A stretch of 63,208 nt of DNA, counting the filler, from Welwitschia mirabilis (taxonomy: Eukaryota): NCBI GenBank assembly GCA_051453625.1. It is 5 parts of one record of this genome, joined end to end, with 100 filler letters (N's around TTAATTAATTAA, not from the genome) between each part and the next. Parts side by side here need not be neighbours in the genome. Positions count along the whole stretch, not along the records: positions 1 to 31,498 come from JBOZIK010000001.1; positions 31,599 to 34,708 come from JBOZIK010000001.1; positions 34,809 to 51,470 come from JBOZIK010000001.1; 2 more parts are not named here. One strand, written 5' to 3'. The first letter of the stretch is position 1; the number at the start of each line of letters is the position of its first letter. Positions 28,436 through 41,100 of the stretch are shown piece by piece. The notes beneath the pieces are model-generated. The model was not told the DNA's origin. It worked only from the letters and a program-made list of their open reading frames with translations, and searched no databases. The position numbers and the translations under genes are program-made.

Positions 28436-28690
28436 TTATTTTTCAAACAACATTTTGCCTTTCTTTGGTAACGGTTCAAAAACATCATTTTTGAGACGGA
28501 CATTTTTTACATTTATAGCTTGTTCACTAGCTGTTGGGGGCATTTCAAGGCCCCTATTTCTTGACAGTTTAATGACTGCTGATGTTGAACCATTTGGTGC
28601 CGCTGAATGTGCTTGGGAATAAATATCAGAAGTCAAACCAGACCTGTCTGGCATCAAATCCTGAAGACTTTCCACTGAATCTTTCAACAA
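28436..28690 (-). CDS. NSE4: NSE4 (SMC5/6 complex kleisin subunit), terminal coding exon
   Basis: CAG acceptor just upstream of 28690. LLKDSVESLQDLMPDR...KLSRNRGL matches the plant NSE4 C-terminus (LM..V..GEELMPHR; RKLSRNRGL). TAA at 28436-28438. Confidence 0.9.
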   Translation of the reverse strand: MLKDSVESLQDLMPDRSGLTSDIYSQAHSAAPNGSTSAVIKLSRNRGLEMPPTASEQAINVKNVRLKNDVFEPLPKKGKMLFEK

Positions 28691-28777
28691 CTGAGATCAG
28701 AAACAACCCATGGTAAGCAAACATTCATTAAAAACGTTGAGACTGAAAGAGTCTGATGTCATAAGAATGCTGCTTAC

Positions 28778-28869
28778 TTTCCAATCCTTAAAATCAAAGC
28801 GTAAAATAAATTGATTGTAGGAAGCTTCACCATTAGCCTTGTGTTCTGCTGTTGGTGCATTTCTAGGAA
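28778..28869 (-). CDS. NSE4: NSE4, penultimate coding exon (92 nt)
   Basis: TAG acceptor and GTAAG donor; encodes (V)[30 protein letters not shown] in phase with both neighbours (introns 96 and 87 nt). Confidence 0.93.
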
Positions 28870-28965
28870 CTACACATAACGAAAAACTACTTCAGGAATT
28901 TATTACGTTAACCTTACTAGCTAATATTTGAATATTTGTCTGTTACAACACCCTATAGAACTTAC

Positions 28966-29182
28966 CGACGACAGTAACCATGTCCTCATCCGTTAGTATT
29001 CCTACTCGACCATCCTTGACCAAAAAGGATAGAGCAAAGATGTTTTCAACTGTCTGGGAAAATGACCGTCGGTTGAGAACCAAAGAATATAGTGGAACTT
29101 GCTTGTGCTTCCGCAAGATATTGAACATGATAGCCATGTTTTTAGCAGTCTCAGCATTGTCCTCCACATCACAGTCTGCCAC
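28966..29182 (-). CDS. NSE4: NSE4, third-last coding exon (217 nt; Nse4_C domain)
   Basis: TAG acceptor and GTAAG donor; encodes ETAKNMAIMFNILRKHKQVPLYSLVLNRRSFSQTVENIFALSFLVKDGRV, the Nse4 C-terminal signature. Confidence 0.95.
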
Positions 29183-30854
29183 CTAGGGTAAGGACTACTA
29201 TTTAGATATGAACCAAAGTTTCCATCAAAGAAATTTTTTTTTAAAAACTAATCTGTGACATTGAAAAATCAGTTACAATAACAGTTATTGTTTAATCAAG
29301 CACGCAGTGAGATGCTCGTACAGAGTCCCCACGGAGTGGCTTTTTTGACAGAAATATTGGACTTCATTTATTTTTAATTTTTGATATAGCACTGCTTCCA
29401 TCCCATCAGTACCCTCAACAGCTTCAGCCTATAACAAAACATAATGATAAACACAGTGGAGACTTCATAACCAAAAATAGTTTACAACAGCACCATGCTA
29501 ACTTCTTTGTTATCATGGCTACAAAAGTCCAAATTTTTCCCAAAAGTTCAACATTTTCCTTCAAAATAAGTCATCCTTTCTAAGGAGACAAATTTAAAAG
29601 CGTATGAAAATGTCAGGGTCCTAAATATTGATAGCAACATTCAAGTGTGCTGTGTTTTATTCCTTCCATTTAGAGAAAATGTTAAAAGCAGAAAATGAAA
29701 TAACAATTCCAAGCTTCCAAGCCTACACGAAATATATATCAAGCGTTCAATATTGAAGTCTTCCAATAACCAGCTAATGATCGGCAGGCCTTGCTTACCC
29801 TAATGCCCTTAAAATAGGTTTCCACGGCATTCATTTAGGTAAACCTAGTTAGCTGCTGTTACAAAACAATCATATTTTGTTTCATTTTTTGCAGTCAACC
29901 TGTATCCTGACAACTTTTACGTGCTATGAAAAAAATAAAAAAACTAAATTTCAGTGACTCTGAGTCATGCAGATACAGAAATAGAACAATGGTACCATCA
30001 CCACACCAAGCATGTTAAGTACAATAGGACTCGTCATCAAATTCTTGATAAATGAACATCAATGCATCAACACTTGTTAGCCTATTCAAAAAAACGCCTC
30101 TCAAAGTGTTCTTACGACCCAATTTAGCATCACATATTTTATTACAATGTTATGCCTAGGCTCTCAAGTAAAAAACATGCATATCTAAATGCAACTTTTA
30201 ATTTCTGCAAAAGCTGCCAATCCCTATAAAGCTGAGCATTTTGGCTGTCCTTAAGCTGTAGGCAAGCCCTACACTTGAGCACATTCGAGATATGCAAAAG
30301 CAATCATTAATTGTGTGAACTTTAGATTTGCATGCCTCATCGCCTTACTCATGGCTTGGAATAATTATTTGTATTATTTAAAAAGAATTGAAACAATCTA
30401 TATAAATATCTAAGGACAATTAATAAGCCTTGTGTTGGTAATTTGCTATGCCAAGCAAGTTTCAATTACACAACACAAAAATTTGAAATTATCAAGGGGT
30501 TTTCAGGAATAAACTCAGTATGCAACAAAAAATGCATTACAAACCCATAAAAAAATTTGTACAGTTTGGATGAATGATAAGAACAGTAGGAATAATGATG
30601 ATGTTAATTTACTGTGCCTAGCAAGTTTCAAAAATGTAAGGCAAATATTTGAAAACATCATGTGGTTTAGGGAATGCACCTAGTATGCATTATACAATAG
30701 TTACAATAAAATGTGCAAAATCTTCCACTAGTTATTTTTATCCCTCGCATATTTACATAAATTAAGTCAATAACATAATACACAATGCGAAAATAACATT
30801 AGAGCCAGAATGGATAAGGTGAGGGGCAATACCTATAACTCCATTATACATACA

Positions 30855-30962
30855 GATCAAATTTATAGCGTGAAAATGCAGTTCTGCAATGCAGATCAGA
30901 ATCGTGTTGATCAAATTTATAGCACGAAAATGCAGTTTTGCAATGCAGATCAGAATCGTGTT
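30855..30962. repeat. 54-bp tandem duplication (2 copies) in the NSE4 intron
   Basis: gatcaaatttatagc..gaaaatgcagtt.tgcaatgcagatcagaatcgtgtt twice, 3 mismatches. Confidence 0.9.
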
Positions 30963-31498
30963 CTGCTGATTATATATCATTATATCTTAATCTAAAAAGA
31001 TGTGATCCACATAATAATCCAGGATTGATTGTTATCCACAGACCCTAGATGGCAACCCAATCACTCCAATGTGGTTTGCAAACATAAGCAATTCCATGAG
31101 TTGCACGTCACCTGCATTAAGATCAACCCTTTTAAAGGGCAAAAACTGAATTTTTTTTCTTGTTTATTAATTTGTTGCTACTCGCAATTGTGATTTAATG
31201 TCCTGAGAAGAGGGCAACTTCCATTTACCCCATCTGAGATCTAGATATCAGATCTTCAAAGTCACTGATAAATTAATTTGTCACATTTCTTTCATGCAAG
31301 TACAAACCCAATTTCAAATACGAGTCTGATGTGCAGGTATAAAGTAGGAGTTGGTTACTGATGTCTAGGCCAGACTCATCACAGAACAACTTGCCATCTT
31401 TCTTAAGGAAGCTCCACCCTTCTTTTTGTTGGAAGTGAAGCCAAATCTCTTGATGTTATTTATTCCTTTATAGTGTGACTTTATATATTTTTATATAG

Positions 31499-31598
31499 NN
31501 NNNNNNNNNNNNNNNNNNNNNNNNNNNNNNNNNNNNNNNNNNTTAATTAATTAANNNNNNNNNNNNNNNNNNNNNNNNNNNNNNNNNNNNNNNNNNNN
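31499..31598. other. Artificial scaffolding spacer N44-TTAATTAATTAA-N44 (also 34709-34808, 51471-51570, 60873-60972)
   Basis: Identical 100-bp construct four times; the 12-mer places stop codons in all six frames. Confidence 0.95.
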
Positions 31599-32888
31599 AT
31601 GGTGATCTAATTGTTGTTTCTTTGTATGTTGATGACCTACTTGTAACAGGAAGCAATGTAGGAATGGTGCAACAATTTATAGATCAAATGATGCATGCCT
31701 TTGAGATGACTAATCTAGGAGAGATGTCCTATTTTTTGGTATGGAAATTCAGCAACTACAAAAAGGAATCCTTATTGGGTAGTACAAATATGCAAAAGAA
31801 GTGCTTAAGAAGTTCAGCATGGAAAACTGCAAGCTTGTAAGCACTCCCTTGATGCAAAATGAGAAGCTGAGTATAGATGATGGAGCAGTACAGGATGATG
31901 AAGGTTTATCCAGAAGTCTTCTAGGCTGTCTAATGTATTTGACAACAATAAGGCCTGATATTATCTATTCTGTAAGTTTGTCGTCTAGCTTCATGCCTTG
32001 TGCAAGTGAATTACATTTTAAAACTGCTAAGAGAGTGCTTAGATATGTTAAAGGCACAGTAGACCTTGGAGTCTAGTTTGAAAGATCAGACAAGCTAAAT
32101 TTGTATGGTTTTTGTGATAGTGATTGGGTATGTTCTAGTGATGATATGAGAAGCACGTCTGGATATTTGTTTAGCCTTGGTTCAGGTCTTTCCTCTTGGA
32201 GTTCAAACAAGCAGGATGTGGTAGCTCAGTCAACTGTTTAAGTAGTATACATAGTTGCTACTGCAGTTGCTAATCTAGCTTTGTGGCTAAGAAAGTTATT
32301 GTCAGACTTAAACATGACTAGAAGGAACCCACATAAATTTTTGTTGATAATCAAGCTACTATAACTATCTCTAACAATCTAGTGTTTTATGGCAGGACAA
32401 AGCATTTTAAGATTAAATATTATTTTCTTAGAGAAGTCCAAAAAAGCAAGGAGATTCTTCCGGTGCATTGCAAAAGTGAAGTTCAACTGGCTGATATTCT
32501 TACAAAGGCTTTGTCTAAAGCCAAATTTGAAGAACTAAGGAAGAGTCTGGGAATTTGCAGCAAAAGAAGCAAGAAGGAGTGTTAAAGATTGCATCTGTTG
32601 CTAGAGTTTGTTTAGGATTTGAATAAGTTAGCTGAAATTATGATTAGCAGTTAGTTTAAGTTAGTTTCCTGAGTTTTCTACACTCAGTTTAGAGCTATTA
32701 AGTTAGCTCCCTGATTTTTCTACAATCAGTTTAGAGCTGTTAAGTTGGTTTCCTGATTTTTCTACAATCAGTTTAGAGTTGTTAATATATTTCCTTATAT
32801 AAATTTGAGGTCATCTTCATAATAAATAGTGTGATTCTCACTCTCATCTTTATTACTTTTCTTCTATTATATCCTACATTTTATTACA
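31599..32888 (+). mobile_element. Ty1/copia 3' part: RT, RNase H, PPT and 3' LTR (32580-~32888)
   Basis: LYVDDLLVTG, LLGCLMYLTTIRPDI, RTKHFKIKYYFLRE, QLADILTKAL; PPT AAGAAGGAG precedes TGTT; the LTR has three ~42-bp tandem repeats (32659-32784). Confidence 0.92.
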
Positions 32889-32889
32889 T

Positions 32890-33700
32890 CTAAGTTGAAG
32901 GTTGATTAATGGAATCACTAGTAGGCAATAGAGAAAAACCAAATTGAAATATTGAGTTAGAGGCTTTAGAAATAATCTTTTTCTTATGATTTTCTATTTC
33001 TTGTTTCCTCTTCAAAAGCAGACAAATATTAAAAATATCACCCTCACAGTGACAATAATTATAGGAATTCGAAACACTGAAATACATTATATGATGATAT
33101 AGGTTGTACCACCAACTTTTAATGTGAGGACCTTCTTTCAAGTTACTTGACTTAACGCAACAAGAAACCATCTAGCGACATCCCTTATGAAAACCTTGTC
33201 TGTGGAATGAAGAACATTCCCAATAAAGCCAACAACCTCTCATTCTGAGAGTTGAACAATTAGAAGCAAATTTGGAAGTTCAATCATGCAAAGAACACTC
33301 TAATGCATCATTAACATCAAAATCACATTTCCCTTTCCAAAAAATGTGAATAGCATGCTTATACAAATAGTAGCAAATATAAAATGCTCTCTCTACCATT
33401 GAATTATCTTTTAGTTCAAGAAGGAATTTCAAGCATGTTTGACAAGAATATTTTGTTGCACTAACAAACATTTAATTTGTAGTGTAGGAAAAGAAGAGCA
33501 AGGAATATAACCCAAAACTTAAAGGAAGATAGGAGAAATCTTGCAAGTATCTATCAAATAGACCATCAAGTAAAATAAAAACATAAAAAATATTTGCATT
33601 ATCATTTCCTAGTTCAACTTTATTGTAAGATAGGAGACTAATAACCTTTGCTTTCATAGTCATTGGCTAAGACTTGCAACCATTGTTTCTTGGATACACA
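32890..33700 (-). mobile_element. Degenerate copia gag remnant
   Basis: Zinc-knuckle-like YNYCHCEGDIFNIC, and gag-like ILLDGLFDRYLQDF in ORF 33472-33663. Confidence 0.45.
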
Positions 33701-33936
33701 TTTTTCTTTAGACTTCTTCCTAGTCAAGGTTGTCTTTCTCAATTGCTCATGTTTTTGCTCTCTTCTTGTGTTGCATCTTGAGATATCCATTGTCCTCGTG
33801 CATTGGTAGTCCACTGATTGCCTATTGACTTACAATAACAATTGAAATCTTCTTAACACGGTCTTCTCTCTCTTTGTTGGACCATACGTTTTCAATGATG
33901 AAGATTCTCAGTCAGAAAACAAGCTTTCTCCAGATC

Positions 33937-34211
33937 GAGACGTCCGCCTTATATAATTGAGACATCCGACCATATATGTGGTTTTATATACTAGAACATC
34001 CACCTTGAGAAATTGGGATGTCTGGAACTATACTCGGTTATTTATATTGGGATGTCCGCACTTTGAATCCGGGACGTCCGACCCTGTATAAGGGTTTGCT
34101 ATACCATGACGTCCGCCCTGAGAAATTGGGCCGTCCGCTCTGTGAAATCAGGACGTCCGACCTTGTATTTGGTTTTTCTAGGAAAAGAGATTAAAAACCC
34201 AGACGTCCGAA
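33937..34211. repeat. Cluster of nine GGACGTCCG-type palindromic motifs, probably within an LTR
   Basis: Copies at about 33937, 33959, 34015, 34050, 34071, 34107, 34129, 34151 and 34201. Confidence 0.8.
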
Positions 34212-34547
34212 TTTCCTCGATGGGATGCCAAGGCTTATATTCGTTGACGCGGAAATATAGCTGTTTATAGACGTTAACCACGGGTTTCAATTTTTCAACA
34301 GCTCTTTATGGGCGTTGGACTTGTGATTAGAAGATCAAAGACCTAGCTTTTCTTCTTGTGCATATCTATATTCCTAATGGATTGAAAAACGATAATGTCT
34401 CCATTTTGAAAAGATCTTTTGGAGCTCTGAAAAAGGCTCTCTACAATCTAAAAGTTGTCTGTTCTGATCTGTGCTATCTATCAATCAACAAAGGATTATC
34501 TGAGCGTTAAATGCTAATGACATGTGCTAGATCTAAGCACTCTCTCC

Positions 34548-34549
<2 letters not shown>

Positions 34550-34588
<39 letters not shown>
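34550..34588. repeat. (TG)n microsatellite, about 19 units
   Basis: Directly visible. Confidence 0.95.
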
Positions 34589-34590
<2 letters not shown>

Positions 34591-34808
34591 CTCTTCTTTG
34601 TTGTAAGAGGCTCAAGGATTTGAGCAGAGGCCTGTAAGCCATAAGAACTCCGTGTAAAGAAGTGGTTGTAAAAGAACTCTGATTAAGGGAACCAGGACGC
34701 TGATAGCTNNNNNNNNNNNNNNNNNNNNNNNNNNNNNNNNNNNNNNNNNNNNTTAATTAATTAANNNNNNNNNNNNNNNNNNNNNNNNNNNNNNNNNNNN
34801 NNNNNNNN

Positions 34809-36900
34809 CTTAAAGGGTAAAATATTTATTTAAGGGGGCTTTTTTATTTTTTAAAGAAGAATTTTCTTTAAAAATAGGACATTTTCTTAGGTTTTTTCCC
34901 AATATTTTTTTGGTAAGAAAATTTTTCTATTTTGCAAGTTTTTGGACCTACCTTCCATAAACTTTGTTAGCCTCAACTGTTATCCTAAAATTCATTACTT
35001 TGGGTCCACACCATTTTGCTAGTTATTTGTTGCCTACTATGAGCCATCTTTCACTTTCTTACCTGTTCTCTTAAATTTTTTGGAATATAATTGATCATTA
35101 GAACCACTTCCTTTCACTGCATGAATGATCCATGCATCATCATCTACTGATGATCTTTACTTCTACCTTGAGTTAAAACTAGACTTTTTTAGATGCTCCA
35201 TATGAAAAGACTTATCCACAGTTATCTCATCTGATATTTTTATCAGTGTGTGATATTTAAGGCATGTGAAGTACTGAGCTCTATGATGATCCATAGACAT
35301 TGGCTTGAATATTAAGTGATCACTAGTTTTTGGACTTACCTACAACCTGTTCTCTTGCACTTTTTAGTAGAATTAAAAATTGAAAGTTTTCTTCATATTT
35401 TCTTAATCATAGAGTTACCAAATAAAATTCTTTTATCTTAGATTCATATGAAAGAGGCCATGATGAATTGTCAAATTGAAAGTTTAATCATGTTTTTGAC
35501 TGGTATCATTAACCTGCGCTCTCCATAGACCTCTATCCTTTTTTTGTGTTTAGTGATCTATGCATTCTCTACCCTATAGCCCAAGCTTCTTGTCTACCAT
35601 GTATGCTTATGCACTCCCATAAGCCCTTAGTTTCTTTGCTTCATGCCAACCCACCTCATGTTACTCCTGTCATGGACCTCGTTTAACATCATATCTTCAA
35701 TCACTATGATGTGCTCTCATTTATTGTTTTGTATGCACTTCTACAATAGTTGAAAAATCACTCATAATGCATAGTTCTAAGCTAAGAGGTCTATCGAGCA
35801 TCCTCCTCCTCTTACAAGAGCGTTGCTACGCCCTACTCACCCACACTGTGCCTCTGCCATCTTCTCCATAACCTGTTGTACTTAAAGTTAATTTTGCTAT
35901 CAATGTTACAAATGAAATTTTATATTTTTTTCTAGAGTTTCTTTTCACCAATTAATACATTGATATAGTGGCAAAATGACTTGTGTGTGAACCTACAGGT
36001 TGTAGGTTTAGTTCTCAATGTGGTAAAAAACAAACAGTTTTAAAATTTGTGCTAGCTTTTTTATGATTTTGTACACATGTAGAATTACTAACTAATTTCT
36101 TAGCTATAGCTCCCTTATGTGCACATGCATTTAGCTAAGCTATTGCTCAGCCATTAGCCTTGTTTTATGCATATAGGGTAGTTTTTAGCCTTTTTCGTTT
36201 TTTGAGGTATTTTTCAAGTTTGTTAAGTTTTTTCAACATTTTTTACTTTTATGAGCCATAAACTTAGTCTTTTAAGCCTTTCTAAGTGCTTTTTCAAGGT
36301 TTTTGAGCATTTTTTATGATCATTGTAAGCCTTAACCTTGCTTTTTCTCTCTTTTTCTCTCATCAAGTTAATTTTGAAAGGTGAAATAAGATTTACTTGA
36401 CTTAATTTTTTCTTATTTAGACCTATTTTTATGATTTGAATAGATCACACTAAGTTGGAAATGTTGAGCAAGATCTAGTTAGCTCAATTATACCAAGTCA
36501 AACCCTATCTTTATGTGTGTTTTTTGGTATTTTTCATTTTCTTTTTTTACACTTTAACTTTTGTGATTAAGGTTTTGAAATTGGAAATTACATTATTCCT
36601 AAATACATCATGTTATTCACTATTAATAAGTCTTAGTTGATGGTGGGCACAGGGAGCCTTACATAGACAGAGATTTGTGTCAAGCTATACTACCCTTTAA
36701 GCTTATTGTATAATCTTTAACTACCTAAACTATGAAGTTCAGACCATATGAAGAGTCGTGTCTTTCTTAAGCGAAAATGCCCCATATGCCTTAAGGTCCA
36801 TATTCCTATGTGTGTCTTGGTAATAGAGGGAATCTTAGTTAAAGGTCAAAGACATGGTGATAGGATCTACTTAGATTTCATTACCAAGTTAACAAGGAGG
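34809..36900. mobile_element. LTR-like block ending GCCTTACA (36663), followed by a possible gypsy integrase trace
   Basis: Plus-strand DRIYLDFITKL (~36860-36892) resembles the gypsy integrase ISMDFITKLP motif; the LTR call rests on the terminus only. Confidence 0.3.
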
Positions 36901-38699
36901 CATAAGTATAATCAATTTTAAAATTTACTAAGTCTAAAGTATAAGTAGATCATTAACATTTATGATACTCTTCATTAAGGGAGTGATATAGCTAAGGTAA
37001 CTAAAATTGACTAATGATTTGGATTCCTCCCTAAGGTAATTCACATTTTGTGTTTCTACTCCCTTAGAAGATAAGAGTACCATCCTTAGACAGGATGTTA
37101 TCATTACCCAGATTTAAGAGTAGACTCTAAAATTGATGAATCTACATTTTCATCACCTAATAATCAAATTAGACTCCTTGGATTAAAATCTACCTTGATC
37201 ATGTTAACAAAGTACCTTTATTTATTCTCATACGCATAGGTTTTTTGTTGGTCAAGGGGTTTTGTCTTATGGATAGATCACTTAGATTTTTGAACTTGAT
37301 TCCATTTTTTTGTCATTATACCTCTTCATCATGACATTTTTATATCTCTTTTCTTATATTGCAGTATGAGTTGGATAGATCACTTGAACTTGTAAATGAG
37401 AATAAAATTCCTTTTTCTATGANNNNNNNNNNNNNNNNNNNNNNNNNNNNNNNNNNNNNNNNNNNNNNNNNNNNNNNNNNNNNNNNNNNNNNNNNNNNNN
37501 NNNNNNNNNNNNNNNNNNNNNNNNNNNNNNNNNNNNNNNNNNNNNNNNNNNNNNNNNNNNNNNNNNNNNNNNNNNNNNNNNNNNNNNNNNNNNNNNNNNN
37601 NNNNNNNNNNNNNNNNNNNNNNNNNNNNNNNNNNNNNNNNNNNNNNNNNNNNNNNNNNNNNNNNNNNNNNNNNNNNNNNNNNNNNNNNNNNNNNNNNNNN
37701 NNNNNNNNNNNNNNNNNNNNNNNNNNNNNNNNNNNNNNNNNNNNNNNNNNNNNNNNNNNNNNNNNNNNNNNNNNNNNNNNNNNNNNNNNNNNNNNNNNNN
37801 NNNNNNNNNNNNNNNNNNNNNNNNNNNNNNNNNNNNNNNNNNNNNNNNNNNNNNNNNNNNNNNNNNNNNNNNNNNNNNNNNNNNNNNNNNNNNNNNNNNN
37901 NNNNNNNNNNNNNNNNNNNNNNNNNNNNNNNNNNNNNNNNNNNNNNNNNNNNNNNNNNNNNNNNNNNNNNNNNNNNNNNNNNNNNNNNNNNNNNNNNNNN
38001 NNNNNNNNNNNNNNNNNNNNNNNNNNNNNNNNNNNNNNNNNNNNNNNNNNNNNNNNNNNNNNNNNNNNNNNNNNNNNNNNNNNNNNNNNNNNNNNNNNNN
38101 NNNNNNNNNNNNNNNNNNNNNNNNNNNNNNNNNNNNNNNNNNNNNNNNNNNNGACTATGGCAGTGTCTTCAATTTTTCTTATTTTCTTATCATGAGTTTT
38201 GACAAGATTTCTTTGTGTGTTGGATAGATTGCTTTCAGTAGTGGATATAAATAAGAACCCTTTGGAATTAAACTTTACTTTACAACTTATTATATCTCTT
38301 CTATCTCTTCTTAAATTTTATCATCGCTTCAATGTTAAAAGGCAAATTCTAGATATTGTCAAATAGCTTCATGCCAATATTAACTGTAGGAATTACAACC
38401 AACCTTAGAATGACTTTATATGATGATCATAATTGGGAGGAATAGAATAAATATTTTATATATATAATATACATTGATGGATTTGATTGAGATTTTTTTA
38501 TCAAAGTGCATGTTTACCTTTACAATCTAGATGTAGAAAATGCAAGGGAAGCCATTGATAGCAAGCTCACAAAGATAATGTAAAAATTAGTGGCCACTCC
38601 GCATAAAAAGTTGGTTGATAGAAGTAAATTAAGTTATACCAATTATTATACTTTGTGAGATATATTTTATGCAAAGAATGATCTAGAATTGATCAACCT

Positions 38700-41100
38700 T
38701 ATTACAAGCATGAATGTCCTTCATTATGAAAAAAGCAAAATGTATCATCTCATAGCTTAGATGATGGATAATAAGGTAAAGATTGCTAAGATAAACCTCA
38801 AGAATTAAGTAGGAGTTCATCACATCAACTTGGTTTGTTACTGTTTGGAGGATTTATTTCCTCGTAGGTACTTTTCATCTCTTCATAGAAGTAAGTAGCT
38901 ACATAATATAAACTTTAACGTGTTTATCAAGGATCTTATTACTACTAAGGAAAAATTTAACTTTAGAAGATTTTTGTTCTCTAATGGTATTCCAAGTTTC
39001 TTATTCTCATGACCCTCCTCATCAATATAAGTAGTCTTCTAGTAACTTTCATTCACAAAATGAATTGCATCATGATAAGGTTAAGGCTCTATAGTACTAG
39101 GACACTAAGAATCCTAATCACTTTACCAAATAAGAGGAAGTTTATAATACTTTCAATGCAAAGAAAAATAAATATCAATTCTTATAATGTAGAAGATAAA
39201 GTCATACCACAAAATTTTGTAGGATATCTTAGGACAAAATAAAATCTACACCTAAGGCAAATGCAATTACTAACAAATCTAGTTTCCTTAATGATGAAAA
39301 TTTTATGTCCAATGTAGTTTTCAACAACTCTCACTTTGTGTGGGTATGGGTAAGCATATAACTTATGATGAGATATGAATTCTTGACACAGGTACAACTT
39401 GTCACATGACTTATCGACGTGATTATTTCAATGACTTTGTTGAAGCACTGCATTAAGTTTATTGGGTAAATAGAACTGTAGTTCCAATGGAAGTTTATGG
39501 TTTAGTTACTTTGAGCTTAACATCACTCTCTCCATAGACTCTTTCTTATATTATATATGTGCCTTCTTTGAGGTTGCATCTTTTATTGCTTTCCACTCTA
39601 ATATGATAAGATCGCTTAATTTTTATGATAGAGTAATAATTAGATATTTATGTGGAGATTAAAAATTGATTATGAAAGGCTACATAGATGACAAACTCAT
39701 TCATATTTATGGTTGTATCAGAATGCGAGAAATTACTTACATAGTTTTCCAAAATGAGATCTTTTCCTCACTATTGTGGCATGCTAGACTAGGAAATCCT
39801 CCTTCTTACATGATGCATGCAATGTGTAAGAATGACCTTTGACTTCTTTCATTAATTCCATAGGATTTTCCTTAATGTAAAGCATGTATAATGGGAAAAG
39901 CGACTTGACAATAGTTTGCACTAAGTAAGTGGCATGTCGATTGAAAGCTTTAGCTCACTTACATTGATCTATGTGGACCTATATTAGTTTCCACTCTCTA
40001 GGTCTTTCATTATTTTATGTCTTTTATTGATGACAATTCCCACATGACGTAGGTGTATTTCATCAAATCCAAATCTTAGACTTTGAAAATTATTAAGAAT
40101 TTTAAAGCTAAAGTGAAAAATTGATTATAGGATTAAAGTCTTTCACTTAGATAATGGTGATAAGCACACATCTATTGAGTTTAAGGACTTTTTTGGTTTT
40201 AAATTAATTAGACATTTAAAGACCCACCATGGGATACCTCAATAAAATAACATTACTGAGTGATTTAATTACACTGTTAGGGATATAACACATTCCATAA
40301 TGTATTTCAATAATTGTAAGACCTATCTTTGGGGTGAAGCAATGAATAAAATTATGCATCTTAATAATCAAATTGGTCAATATCCTTAAAAAAGAGCATC
40401 TCCATCTAAAAAGTGATATAAGACAAAGTTAAATCATTTTTATGTTTTTTATTGTAAATGCTATGTACATATTCCAAGCGAACATCATGATAAATTTAGA
40501 GCACATGCTCGTATCAGCATTTGTGAGATATCTAACTGACTAAAATGATTATTAGAATTATATTTTAGAGCATCATAAGATCATTGTTTCTCATGATGTC
40601 ATCTTTTCAAAGACTTCGAATAATGATTCTCATCTTGATTCTTTAAATCTTCATTCTTCCTCTCACCCATTCACCATATTAGATGCTCAATATTCTATGG
40701 TTGAGGAGGGAGATATAGCCATTAGTAATGCTTTAGTTTCTTCTTTAATACCACTTCTTTAAAACCTATAGAAATTAAGTAATTTAATGCTCTTAGCATA
40801 CTTAGTCATGTTTCTAATAGCAATTTAGTCAATTCTTTAATAAAGATGTTGATACTACCCAAAGATAACATCAACGTACTTAGCTACAATCTACTCTCTA
40901 CGATGTTCATGATCATGAAAAGGATAAAAGTGGAACTAGACATATATTGCATACAACTCATAATGATGATGATGACGAGCTTCATTTAACTTTTGATGGT
41001 AAATCAACTTCTTTTAAAAACATCATTATACATAATTAATGGGTTCAAGCCATAAAAGAATAATACCATGCTCTTGTAGAAAATAATATATTGAAGTTGA
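38700..41100 (+). mobile_element. Highly degenerate Ty1/copia internal region (gag, protease, integrase, start of RT)
   Basis: LDTGTTCHMT (~39383), LWHARLGNP (~39773), HIDLCGP-like (~39960), FIDDNSHMT*VYF and WVQAIKE*YHALVENN (~41040). Confidence 0.8.

Noticed and set aside
28980-29186. Plus-strand 68-aa ORF
   Set aside because: Antisense shadow of the NSE4 exon.
33937-34211. CRISPR-like repeat-spacer appearance
   Set aside because: Repeats are only ~9-12 bp, spacing is irregular, there are no cas genes, and the context is a eukaryotic LTR.
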